The notes under the pieces are model-generated. The model was given only the letters and a program-made list of their open reading frames with translations, searched no databases and had not been told where the DNA came from. This document shows, one piece after another, positions 53,964 through 63,424 of a stretch of 64,000 nt of DNA. Numbering within the stretch: position 1 is the stretch's first letter; each line of letters opens with the position of its first letter. The stretch comes from an uncultured Acidobacteriota bacterium (GTDB taxonomy: Bacteria; Acidobacteriota; Vicinamibacteria; Vicinamibacterales; CAVVIG01), in contig CAVQZZ010000001.1 in NCBI GenBank assembly GCA_963718825.1, positions 237,022 to 301,021 on the forward strand, read 5' to 3'. The position numbers were made by a program, and so were the translations under genes.

Positions 53964-55679
53964 ATGCGCAGCCTCCGTCGCTGTTGTTTCATCGTGCTGG
54001 CCGGCGTCGCGGCCGTGTGTAGTGTGCTCGTCGCGTCCGAGGCCGCCGAGAGCGTGGCCGAGGCCGCGCGCCGGGGCGACATCCCCGCGGTCAAGCAGCT
54101 CCTCGAGTCCGGTGCGGACGTCAACGTCGCGACGGCCGACGGCATGACGTCGCTGCACTGGGCCGCGCAGAATGGCCGCGTCGATCTGGCGAAGATGCTG
54201 CTCTTTGCCGGCGCGAACGTGCGCGCGACCACGAGGCTCGGCGGGTACACACCGCTGCTGATGGCGGCCAGCAACGGCGACGCGGCCATGATTCGGACGC
54301 TGGTGGACGGCGGTGCCAACCCTGCCGGCGCGAACAGCAACGGCACGACACCGCTGATGCTCGCCGCGGCCTCGGGCCACGCGGATGCGGTCGCCTTGCT
54401 GATCGAGCGCGGCGCCGACGTGAACGCGAAAGAGAATGCCCGGGGCGAGACCGCCTTGATGTTCGCGGCGGCCAACGGCCGCGTGGACGCGCTTCGCGCG
54501 CTCACGACGCACGGCGCGGATGTGAAGGCGACCACGCGCGTGCTCGACGTGTCGGCCTTTTCCAAGGAGATGGCGGATGCGGCGGGACCGCCGGCTCCGC
54601 GGTTGACGTCGACGCCCGCTGCACCGCGTGCCGGCCGCGCGGGACGAGGCGCCAACCAGCGCGGCGGTGTCGATCGGCGCTACCTGTACAACGAGCTCGT
54701 GAGCACCGAGGGCGGCATGACGGCGCTGCTCCTCGCGGCTCGACAGGGCGAACTGGAATCGGTGAAAGCGCTACTCGACAGCGGCGCCGACGTCAACCAG
54801 CCGGGTGCCGGCGATCACACGACGCCCCTCCTCATCGCGGTTATCAACGGCCGATTCGATCTCGCCCAATTTCTGCTCGCGCATGGTGCGGATCCGCGCG
54901 TGGCCGCGGCGAACGGCGTTACGCCGCTCTATGCTGTGATCAACTGCCAGTGGGCGCAGAAGGCGCTGTATCCACAGCCGCGCGCCTTCGAGCAGCAGAC
55001 AACTGGCTACCTCGATTTGATGACCGCGCTGCTCGACAACGGCGCGGATCCCAATGTTCGCGTGAGCAAGAAGGTCTGGTACTCAGGCTACAATTCCGAT
55101 TTCTCGTCGATAGACGAGGAAGGCGCCACCGTCTTCTGGCGCGCGGCATACGCGGCGGATGTGGACGCGATGAAGCTGCTCGTCGCGCGCGGCGCGGATC
55201 CGAACATCCCCACCTCACGCGTGCCGGGTCGCAATCGCAATGGGGGCGGGTTGAGCGACGATGCCGTCGAGGATGTCTCGACGAAGCCGCCGATTCCGGT
55301 CGGCGGGCCGGGCATGGCAGCAATCCACGCCGCATCGGGACCCGGTTACGGGGAGGGCTTTGCCGGCAACGCGCATCGCTATGCGCCGGGTGGGCTGTTG
55401 CCGGCGGTCAAGTACCTCGTCGAAGAGCTGCACGCCGACGTGAACGTCGAGGATCAGGACGGGAATACGCCGCTGCACAACGCGGCGGCGCGCGGCGACA
55501 ACGACATGATTCGGTATCTCGTCTCGAAGGGCGCCGATGTGACGGCCGTGAACCGCGAGGGGAAGACGACCGTGGACATGGCCAACGGCCCCGTGCAGCG
55601 CGTACAGCCGTTTCCCGAGACGATCGCGCTGCTCGAAAAGCTGGGCGCGAAAAACAATCACAAGTGCATTTCGTGCTAG
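53964..55679 (+). CDS. Secreted ankyrin-repeat protein ending in HxCxxC, copy 2
   Basis: Ankyrin repeats, GPGYGEGFAGNAHR, C-terminus NNHKCISC*. Confidence 0.9.
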   Translation: MRSLRRCCFIVLAGVAAVCSVLVASEAAESVAEAARRGDIPAVKQLLESGADVNVATADGMTSLHWAAQNGRVDLAKMLLFAGANVRATTRLGGYTPLLMAASNGDAAMIRTLVDGGANPAGANSNGTTPLMLAAASGHADAVALLIERGADVNAKENARGETALMFAAANGRVDALRALTTHGADVKATTRVLDVSAFSKEMADAAGPPAPRLTSTPAAPRAGRAGRGANQRGGVDRRYLYNELVSTEGGMTALLLAARQGELESVKALLDSGADVNQPGAGDHTTPLLIAVINGRFDLAQFLLAHGADPRVAAANGVTPLYAVINCQWAQKALYPQPRAFEQQTTGYLDLMTALLDNGADPNVRVSKKVWYSGYNSDFSSIDEEGATVFWRAAYAADVDAMKLLVARGADPNIPTSRVPGRNRNGGGLSDDAVEDVSTKPPIPVGGPGMAAIHAASGPGYGEGFAGNAHRYAPGGLLPAVKYLVEELHADVNVEDQDGNTPLHNAAARGDNDMIRYLVSKGADVTAVNREGKTTVDMANGPVQRVQPFPETIALLEKLGAKNNHKCISC

Positions 55680-55689
55680 TACATTTCCA

Positions 55690-56815
55690 ATGACGTTCAA
55701 GTTCTCGTACAAGCTGGCGTTGTGTCTCGGCGCGATCGCGCTCGCGCCGCTCGCCGGTTCCTCGATGCTTTCGGGAGGGACGACGGCCCCCCCGCCAGTG
55801 CAGGATCGAAAGGGCGGCGAGGACATCTCCGGTCCGTACAGAAGCGGTCGCCAACTGGCCGCAACCGCTCGGCCACCCGGGCTACACCTGGGGATCGATG
55901 GGCGGCGTGTTTGCCGAGACACCGGACCGCGTGTTCCTGCTGCAGCGCGGCGAGCTGCCGGTGCCCCCAAAGCCCTTCGAGGGTTATCCGATGGCGTCGC
56001 CCGCGACGAGCGGTCAGCCGAGGCTGCAGAACTGTATTCTGATCGTGAACCGCGAAGGCAAGGTTGTCGACACGTGGACGCAGCACGACCATCTGTTCCA
56101 GGGCGGGCGCGGTCCGCACAAAGTGAAGATCAGCCCGTATGATCCGGAGAAGCACGTCTGGATCATCGACGACTTGCGCGAGCAGGTGTTCGAGTTCACA
56201 CACGACGGCAAGCGGCTCGTGATGACGCTCGGCGAGGCCGGGGTCGCCGGAGACGATCCGAAGCATTTCGCCGGGCCAACCGATATCGCGTGGCTGCCCG
56301 ACGGGACCTTTTTCATCACCGACGGCTACGTCAACACGCGCATCGTCAAGTTCGACGCGACCGGCAAGTTCCTGAAAACGTGGGGCGGCAAAGGCGCCGG
56401 CCGAGGCCAGTTCAACCTGCCGCATTCGATCGACATCGACCGCAACCGCCGGCTCTACGTGGCGGACCGCCAGAATGGGCGCGTGCAGATTTTCGACGAG
56501 CAGGGCACGTTCCTCGATGAGTGGGATAACATCGTGCAGCCGTTTCACCTGATCGTCTCGCCGGATCAGCATGTCTGGGTCTCCGACGGTGTCACGAACA
56601 AGTTCCTGCAGTTCACCACCGCGGGTCGTCTCGTGTCGTCGTGGGGCACGTACGGTTCGATGCCGGGCGCGTTTTTCGGCGTGCATCAGTTCTCGGTCGA
56701 TTCGGAGGGGAATGTGTACGTGGCCGAGGCTTTCGGCGGTCGCGCGCAGAAGTTCGCGCCGCGCAAAGGGGTCGATCCGTCGCTGCTGATGCCCCCGATG
56801 AAGAACATCATGTGA
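55690..56815 (+). CDS. Secreted NHL-repeat beta-propeller (peptidyl-alpha-hydroxyglycine alpha-amidating lyase-like; +1 frameshift near 55840)
   Basis: Signal peptide; ISGPY(E)AVANWPQ; GPHKV, FAGPTDIAW, DGYVNTRIVKF, FNLPHSI, VADRQNGRVQIFD. Confidence 0.85.
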
Positions 56816-56834
56816 GACGCGTGACTAAATCCCA

Positions 56835-57899
56835 ATGAGCGCGCCTGCCACCACAGCCGGCCACGAGCCGGCCACCGACACGACGTCATATCTCGATCCG
56901 CGGATCGATCGCACGTCGATCGCGCCGGAGAGCCCGGTCCCGGCCGAGGATCTCGCCCGCTGGTACCGGGCCATGCGCCTCGCACGCACGTTCGAGGACA
57001 AGCTGGCGGCGCTGTATCGGCAGGGAAAGATCGTCGGGGCCGTGTACCTCGGCACCGGTCAGGAGGCGATTGCCACCGGGGTCGTCAGCCTGCTGCAGAA
57101 GGGTGACTATTTCTCGACGGTGGCGCGCGGGCTGGCCGGCTGGTTTTTACGGGGCGTCGAGCCGCGCGATGTGATGGCGCGCTGGTTCGGCAAAGACATT
57201 CCGCCCTCGCACGGGCGAGAGCTCGGGCTCTTCCTCGCGGACACGGCGGCGTACGGCATCGCGCCGTACCACAACGGCTCGATGGCGTCGTGGATTCCGT
57301 CGGGTGCAGGATTCGCGCTCGCGTTCAAGTACCGGAAGGAGCCGCGGGTCTACGTCGCGCTCACCGGCGACGGCGCGACGAGTCCGGGCGACTTTTACGA
57401 GGGTGTCAATTTCGCGGCCATCCACAAGCTGCCGCTCGTCATCGTGGTCGAGAACAATTGCTACGCGTATTCGACGCCGCAGTCGCTGCAGATGCCGGTG
57501 GCGAACGTCGCGGACCGCGCGCCGGCGTTCAACATCCCGGCGTCGATTGGGTTCGGCAACGACATTTTCGAGGTGCGGCGGCTGGTCGGCGCGGCGATCG
57601 ATCACGCCCGCAGCGGCAAAGGGCCGTATCTGGTGGAGTTCAAGACGTTCCGTCGCCGCGGCCATGGCGAGCACGACGACATGGGCTACGTGCCCAGCGC
57701 GCTCCGCGAATTCTGGGAGCGCCGCGATCCGATCGACATGCTGCGCAGCTATCTGCGCGACGGCGCCGGCTGGACATCGGACGCGATCGACAAGATCGAT
57801 GCCGAGTGCGCCGCCGCGATCGAGCGGGCCGTCGAGGAGGCGCACGCGCTTCCCGATCCGAAACCTGAAACGGTGTCCTGGAGGCTTTTTGCCGACTGA
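56835..57899 (+). CDS. 2-oxoacid dehydrogenase E1 alpha subunit (ThDP-binding)
   Basis: LYRQGKI, GQEA, GDGATS...ENN ThDP motif, R..GHGEHDD..Y, DPI. Confidence 0.93.
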   Translation: MSAPATTAGHEPATDTTSYLDPRIDRTSIAPESPVPAEDLARWYRAMRLARTFEDKLAALYRQGKIVGAVYLGTGQEAIATGVVSLLQKGDYFSTVARGLAGWFLRGVEPRDVMARWFGKDIPPSHGRELGLFLADTAAYGIAPYHNGSMASWIPSGAGFALAFKYRKEPRVYVALTGDGATSPGDFYEGVNFAAIHKLPLVIVVENNCYAYSTPQSLQMPVANVADRAPAFNIPASIGFGNDIFEVRRLVGAAIDHARSGKGPYLVEFKTFRRRGHGEHDDMGYVPSALREFWERRDPIDMLRSYLRDGAGWTSDAIDKIDAECAAAIERAVEEAHALPDPKPETVSWRLFAD

Positions 57900-57944
57900 G
57901 TGCATCGCACGCCGTGACGGCGTGTCCGCGTGGCGGATGTCTGC

Positions 57945-58916
57945 ATGATCGTCACGTATCTCGAGGCGATTTCCCAGGCGATGCGCGAGGAGATGCGGCG
58001 CGATCGCGACGTGATCCTGCTCGGCGAGGACATCGCCGAGTTCGGCGGGGCGTTCAAGATCACGCGCGGGTTTCTCCAGGAGTTCGGCGCCGAACGCGTC
58101 ATCGACACGCCGATTGCCGAGAGCGGCTTTGTGGGCGCCGCCTGCGGAGCCGCCATCGAAGGATTACGGCCGATCGTCGAGTTCCAGTTCGCCGATTTCA
58201 TCGCGTGCGCGTTCGATCAGATCGTCAACTACGCGGCGAAAGCGAACTACCGCTGGGGCACGCCGGTGCCCGTCGTCTTTCGCGGTCCGTCGGGCGGAGG
58301 ATTCCGCGGGGGGCCGTTTCACTCGCAGAATCCCGAAGCCTGGTTCACCCACGTGCCAGGTCTCAAAGTTGTCCAGCCGTCGACCCCTTACGACGCCAAA
58401 GGGCTGTTGAAAGCCGCTGTGCGCGACAACAACCCGGTGATCTACTTCGAGCACAAGCACCTGTATCGCCGCATTCGGGAAGAGATTCCTGAAGACGATT
58501 TCATCGTGCCGATCGGCGTCGCGGATGTGAAGCGCGCCGGGCGCGATCTGACGATCGTCACCTACGGCGCCATGGTGCACGAATCGCTGGCGGCGGCTGC
58601 GCGGCTGTCGAAAGAGGGCGCCGAGTGCGAGGTCATCGACCTTCGTACGCTGGTTCCGCTCGACAAGAAAACGTTCCTCGACAGCGTGCGGAAAACGTCC
58701 CGCGCGCTGGTCGTGTATGAAGCGCACCTGACGGGAGGCTTTGGCGGCGAGGTCGCCGCGATCATCGCGCAGGAGGCGTTCGATGCTCTCGATGCGCCGG
58801 TGACCCGCGTGGCGAGCCTCGACGTCCCGGTGCCATTCGCCGCCGCGCTCGAGGACGCGGTGCTGCCGAACGCCGACAAGATTTATCGGGCCGCGATCGA
58901 CGTGCTCGAGTATTGA
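57945..58916 (+). CDS. 2-oxoacid dehydrogenase E1 beta subunit
   Basis: TYLEAI, GEDI, DTPIAESG, EFQFADF, GPFHSQ, FEHKHLYR, IDLRTLVPLD. Confidence 0.95.
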   Translation: MIVTYLEAISQAMREEMRRDRDVILLGEDIAEFGGAFKITRGFLQEFGAERVIDTPIAESGFVGAACGAAIEGLRPIVEFQFADFIACAFDQIVNYAAKANYRWGTPVPVVFRGPSGGGFRGGPFHSQNPEAWFTHVPGLKVVQPSTPYDAKGLLKAAVRDNNPVIYFEHKHLYRRIREEIPEDDFIVPIGVADVKRAGRDLTIVTYGAMVHESLAAAARLSKEGAECEVIDLRTLVPLDKKTFLDSVRKTSRALVVYEAHLTGGFGGEVAAIIAQEAFDALDAPVTRVASLDVPVPFAAALEDAVLPNADKIYRAAIDVLEY

Positions 58917-58932
58917 GGATCGCTTTCGACGC

Positions 58933-60297
58933 ATGCTAATCGACGTCGTCATGCCCCAGATGGGAGAGTCGCTCGCGGAAGGCACGGTCGTCCGCTGGTT
59001 GAAGAAGGCCGGCGACCGCGTCGAGCTCGACGAGCCGTTGTTCGAGCTGTCGACCGACAAGGTGGACACTGACGTCCCTTCGTCGGCGGCGGGAGTCCTG
59101 ACGTCGATCTTCGTCGCCGAAGGCCAGACCGTCGCGGTCGGCTCGCGCGTCGCCGTGATCGACGATGGCGCAGCGGCAGCGGCGCGTCAGGAGCAACCGG
59201 CGAGTGAGCGGACACCGGCGGCCGCGGCAGAACAGCCTGCTCCCGAGCCGGGCGCCCACTTCAAGAACGCGCACGCTCCGCAGCTGGTGTCGTTTCGCAA
59301 CGAGGCGGCTCGGTCCATTCCGTCGCGAGGCGCGGACCCTCTCCGGAACAACGCCGCCGCCGACAACGCCACGTTCAGTCCCGCAGTGCTCGAGGCTGCT
59401 CGCCACGGCGGCGTCACGCTCGCGACGTTGACGACGATGGTGGGATCCGGCCGGGGCGGACGGGTGACGAAGGGCGACCTTGCGCGGTTTATCGCGTCGG
59501 GCGGGACTGCGGCGCGGACCGATCAGCAGCGCGCGCAAACCAACGCAGACAACGCCCAGTCGTCTTCCGTCCCCGCGGCATACATGTACCGTCCGAACGC
59601 GGACGATCAGGTCGTGCCGATGTCGGCGGCGCGCAGGAAGATCGCCGATCACATGTCGTGGTCCGTGCGGATCAGCCCGCACGCGACCGCGTTCGCCGAT
59701 TGCGACATGACGGCCGCGGTCGAGCATCTTCGGCGCAACCGCGATGCGTTTACGGAGCAGGTCGGCGCGCCGCTGACGTTCACGGCGATAGCTGCCGCGG
59801 CGCTTGCGCGTACGGTGCGTGCCTTTCCGGCCTTCAACGCTTCCGTCGTTGGCGATGCGATCGTCTTGAAACCGCGCGTCAACCTGGGCATTGCGGTCGC
59901 GCTGCCGGACACCGACGAGCTGATCGTCCCGGTCGTGCGGGACGCCGACGGCCTGTCGCTGGCGGGCATCGCGCTGGCGATCGCCGACGTGTCGTCGCGC
60001 GCGCGTGAACGAAAGCTGCGGCCGGAAGATGTACAGGGTGGCACCATCACGCTGACCAATCCGGGCATGTTCGGCGGCATCACCGGCACGCCCATTCTCA
60101 ACCAGCCACAGGTGGCGATCATCGGTCTCGGAGCGATCCAGAAACGCGCGGTCGTGCTCGATGGCGACCGGATCGCGGCACGGTCGATGATGACGATCGG
60201 CTTGACGTTCGACCACCGCGCCGCGGATGGCGTGGCGGCGTTCAAATTTCTCGCGGACCTGAAAGCCAGGCTCGAAGACGGACTCGACGATTTGTAG
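58933..60297 (+). CDS. 2-oxoacid dehydrogenase E2 dihydrolipoamide acyltransferase (single lipoyl domain)
   Basis: MPQMGES, STDKVD lipoyl Lys, GSGRGGRVTKGD, GGTITLTNPG, PILNQPQ, FDHRAADG. Confidence 0.95.
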   Translation: MLIDVVMPQMGESLAEGTVVRWLKKAGDRVELDEPLFELSTDKVDTDVPSSAAGVLTSIFVAEGQTVAVGSRVAVIDDGAAAAARQEQPASERTPAAAAEQPAPEPGAHFKNAHAPQLVSFRNEAARSIPSRGADPLRNNAAADNATFSPAVLEAARHGGVTLATLTTMVGSGRGGRVTKGDLARFIASGGTAARTDQQRAQTNADNAQSSSVPAAYMYRPNADDQVVPMSAARRKIADHMSWSVRISPHATAFADCDMTAAVEHLRRNRDAFTEQVGAPLTFTAIAAAALARTVRAFPAFNASVVGDAIVLKPRVNLGIAVALPDTDELIVPVVRDADGLSLAGIALAIADVSSRARERKLRPEDVQGGTITLTNPGMFGGITGTPILNQPQVAIIGLGAIQKRAVVLDGDRIAARSMMTIGLTFDHRAADGVAAFKFLADLKARLEDGLDDL

Positions 60298-60307
60298 GAG
60301 GAGCGTT

Positions 60308-61181
60308 ATGCGGAAAGGTGGACTCATCGTGGCGGCGCTGCTGGCGACAGCGGCCATTTCCCGCGCGCAGGCGCCTGCTGCGCCGGCGCGCGCGGCCGGC
60401 AGTTCGCTGTCGGCGGTAGCGGCCGACATCGTGTCCGGCAAGCTGGTCGTGTACGACCTGACGCAGTTGCTCAATGCGGCGACGCCGATCATTCAGCTGC
60501 CGCCGCCGTTCGCCAACACGCCAGGTTTCAAGTCTCACGAGATTCTCGAAATACAACGACAAGGGGCCGGCCTGGTCCTGGAACTGGATCGAAGTCGGCG
60601 AGCACGTCGGCACGCACTTCGATGCGCCGTGCCACTGGGTGACCGGCCGGGCCAAGGCCTGCGTCGATCAACTCGAGGCCAAACAGTTCATCGGCCCCGC
60701 GGCGGTGCTCGACGTGACGGCGGAGGTCGCGAAGAATGCTGACTTCGTCGCCACGAAAGATACCGTGCTCGCCTGGGAGAAAAAGCATGGCCGGCTGCCG
60801 AAGGGCTCCTGGGTGATCCTGCGGACCGGTTGGGGCGCCCGTGCGACCGACGCGGCCCGGTTCCTGAACGTCGGCAAGGACGGCGCGCCGCACTATCCAG
60901 GATTCGGGAAAGACTCGGCCGAGTTCCTGACGAAGGAGCGCGACATTCTCGGCGTCGGCGTGGAACAGGTCGGCACCGACGCGGCGGTCGGCGCCAAGTC
61001 GGATCCGCCGTTTCCGAACCACTCGATCATGCACGGCGCCGGCCGATTCGGCCTGACGCAGCTGGCGAACGTCGACAAGCTGCCAGAGAGCGGCGCGCTC
61101 GTGATCGCGACGCCTCTGAAGATCGAGCACGGGTCGGGCAGTCCGGTGCGTGTCATCGCCATCGCGCCGGCGACCCGCTGA
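60308..61181 (+). CDS. Cyclase family metal hydrolase (kynurenine formamidase / isatin hydrolase-like) with signal peptide (+1 frameshift near 60545)
   Basis: VYDLTQ, KYNDKGPAWSWN, GEHVGTHFDAPCHW (HxGTHxD), LRTGW, PG, PLKIEHGSGSPVR. Confidence 0.88.
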
Positions 61182-63424
61182 TGCGGTACGGCGCGCGCGC
61201 TGCCGCGCGAGCGGGCGCGGCCCTCGCCGTCGCAGCCGCGTGCATCACGCACGCCGGCGCCGACACGCGCGTGCCGCCGTCGGCCACGCAGGCTCCCGCC
61301 GCGGCACTTCTCGACAGCAAAGGGGTGGTCCGCGCCGCCGAGCAGCTGGCCAAGAGCGATCGCGTTCACGTCGTGACGATCGGCACCAGCGCGGGCGGAC
61401 GGCCAATCCCGATGATCATCGTCACCGCGCCCGGCGAATCGATCGAGGAGTGGCAGCGCCGGGCCCGCAGGATATCGGGGCCATCGGTTCGCTTCAACAC
61501 GCTCATCCAGCACGACGTTGATGGCGCGAGCGTCGACGAGCTGCTGTCGACCACGCGCCTGCCGCTGCTGTTCGCCGGCGCGTCGTGGGGCCACGAGGCG
61601 TCTCAGGTCGAAGGTCTGATTGCCGCCGCGAATCACTTTGCCACCGACAGGTCGCCGCAGACCGACGCGCTGCTGCACCGCGTGGTCCTGCTGATCGTGC
61701 CGCTGATGAATCCGGATGGCCGCGATCGCGCGATCGCCGAATGGATGCACACGCCGTTGAGCAACGGCGACGCCGCGGTCGCGAACCAGAACGGCTTCAT
61801 GCTGAACCGCGACTTCATCCACCAGACGCAGCCGGAGTCGCGAGCGATTCTGGCCGTCACCAGGGACTGGCGCCCGGTTGTCGGCATCGACCTGCACGAG
61901 GACGTGAACCGGCTGGGCGTTGCGATGCCGGACGTCGCCTTCGTGCCGCCCTACATGCGCGGATTCGACGTCGAAGAAGAACCGGCCATGCGGAAGGCGA
62001 TCGTGCGCGTGGGAGATGCGATTGCGGCGCGCTGGCGCGCGGCTGGGTACACGATTGTTCACGATCCCGACGGCGATCGCCGCTGGGTTCCGATGCCGCC
62101 TCGCGGGTCCGGCGAACTGAACCCGGTCGCCGGATCGAGCGGCCGCCTCGATTTCCTCTGGAACATCCATTCAATAGTCGGCTTGATCACCGAGAGTGCG
62201 CGGACGCCCGGCACCCAGCGCTGGGAAGACAGAGTCGCCCAGAAAAAACTGGCGGTCCTCGCCACTGCTGAAGCGGTCGCCGCCGATGCGAAGTTTTTCG
62301 CCTCGACGATCTACGGCAACAGAGCCGCCGCGGCGCCATCTGACGGGAACGATTTCGTCGCGATCGCGCACGCTCAGCAGCCAGGCGCCGATCGCGCGGA
62401 GCTGGTGCGGCTGCTGCGCGAACACGACGTGCTCGTGTACCGCGCTGCCAATCAACCCTACGACGTCGTGCCGCTCGCGCAACCCGAGGCGCCGTTCATA
62501 CGGCACGCGCTCCTGGCCGAGCGCTCCAAGCTCAACGATCTTCCCGCAGCGCTCGGCGTCCGCGTCCAGCGTTCGTCCGAGTTGCCGCGTTCCACGAAAG
62601 ACGCGCTGTCGACCGCCGCGCTGACCTTGTACGACCGCGCGCCGCAGACATGGCCGAGGCGTCCCGAAGCGGCGAGCACCGATCGTCGGCCACGCGTCGC
62701 GGTGTATTCAGGTCAGGGCATCGACCCCGCAGCCGCCGGCGAACTGACCTTCGTGCTGAAGATGGCCGGGTTATCGGCGATCGAGCTATCCGCCGATGAT
62801 GTGCGACGAGGTTCTTTTCGAAACGCGACCGTCGTGATTGTCGGCGACGGCGCCGCGAAAGAAATCGTCGACGGCTGGGATCTGACCGTGGCGACTCGCC
62901 GCGCGCCGTGGCAGCCTGCCGAAGCGAGCCGCGGCATCGGCAGGGAGGGCGAGAACGCGTTGGCCGCGTACGTGCGCGCCGGCGGGCGGCTCATCACGAT
63001 CGGCCGGAGCGCGGGTATCGCGATTCCGTCGCTCGTGGCGGGCACATTGCTGGCGGTGCGGCCCGGGATCGGCGAGGTCCGTCTCGAGATGACAGCGGTC
63101 GGCCGGCCGCTCTTCGCCGGTGTGCCGCGCGACGGCGACATCGCCCACGCATTCTTGTCGGCGCCTCCAGGAGGCACCGATGGGGGCTACCTGCTCACCG
63201 CGTCAACTCCGGGCCATGTTCTCGCGTGGTATGCGGGAGCCGACGATCGCCCCGACGAACAGTCGTTTGCCGACGTGACGCCGCTGGCGCGATCCTCGAA
63301 TCACGCCGCCATCATCGCCGCCGACGTCGGCGCAGGCCGATTGGTCGCGTTTGGTTTTTCACCCGTGTTCCGCGCTCAGTGGCGCGCGACGTTTCCGCTC
63401 CTCTTCAACGCGATCGCGCAATGA
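61181..63424 (+). CDS. M14-like zinc carboxypeptidase-fold protein with C-terminal glutamine-amidotransferase-like domain
   Basis: IGTSAGGRPI, SWGHE (in place of IHGNE), PLMNPDG, LNRDF, QPE, DLHE; TGATG overlap with the cyclase gene. Confidence 0.78.
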   Translation: MRYGARAAARAGAALAVAAACITHAGADTRVPPSATQAPAAALLDSKGVVRAAEQLAKSDRVHVVTIGTSAGGRPIPMIIVTAPGESIEEWQRRARRISGPSVRFNTLIQHDVDGASVDELLSTTRLPLLFAGASWGHEASQVEGLIAAANHFATDRSPQTDALLHRVVLLIVPLMNPDGRDRAIAEWMHTPLSNGDAAVANQNGFMLNRDFIHQTQPESRAILAVTRDWRPVVGIDLHEDVNRLGVAMPDVAFVPPYMRGFDVEEEPAMRKAIVRVGDAIAARWRAAGYTIVHDPDGDRRWVPMPPRGSGELNPVAGSSGRLDFLWNIHSIVGLITESARTPGTQRWEDRVAQKKLAVLATAEAVAADAKFFASTIYGNRAAAAPSDGNDFVAIAHAQQPGADRAELVRLLREHDVLVYRAANQPYDVVPLAQPEAPFIRHALLAERSKLNDLPAALGVRVQRSSELPRSTKDALSTAALTLYDRAPQTWPRRPEAASTDRRPRVAVYSGQGIDPAAAGELTFVLKMAGLSAIELSADDVRRGSFRNATVVIVGDGAAKEIVDGWDLTVATRRAPWQPAEASRGIGREGENALAAYVRAGGRLITIGRSAGIAIPSLVAGTLLAVRPGIGEVRLEMTAVGRPLFAGVPRDGDIAHAFLSAPPGGTDGGYLLTASTPGHVLAWYAGADDRPDEQSFADVTPLARSSNHAAIIAADVGAGRLVAFGFSPVFRAQWRATFPLLFNAIAQ

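Noticed and set aside
38359-55679. Assembly artefact explaining the duplicated DUF1592/DUF1552/ankyrin cassette
   Set aside because: The copies differ throughout in codons, signal peptides and indels, so they are diverged paralogs.
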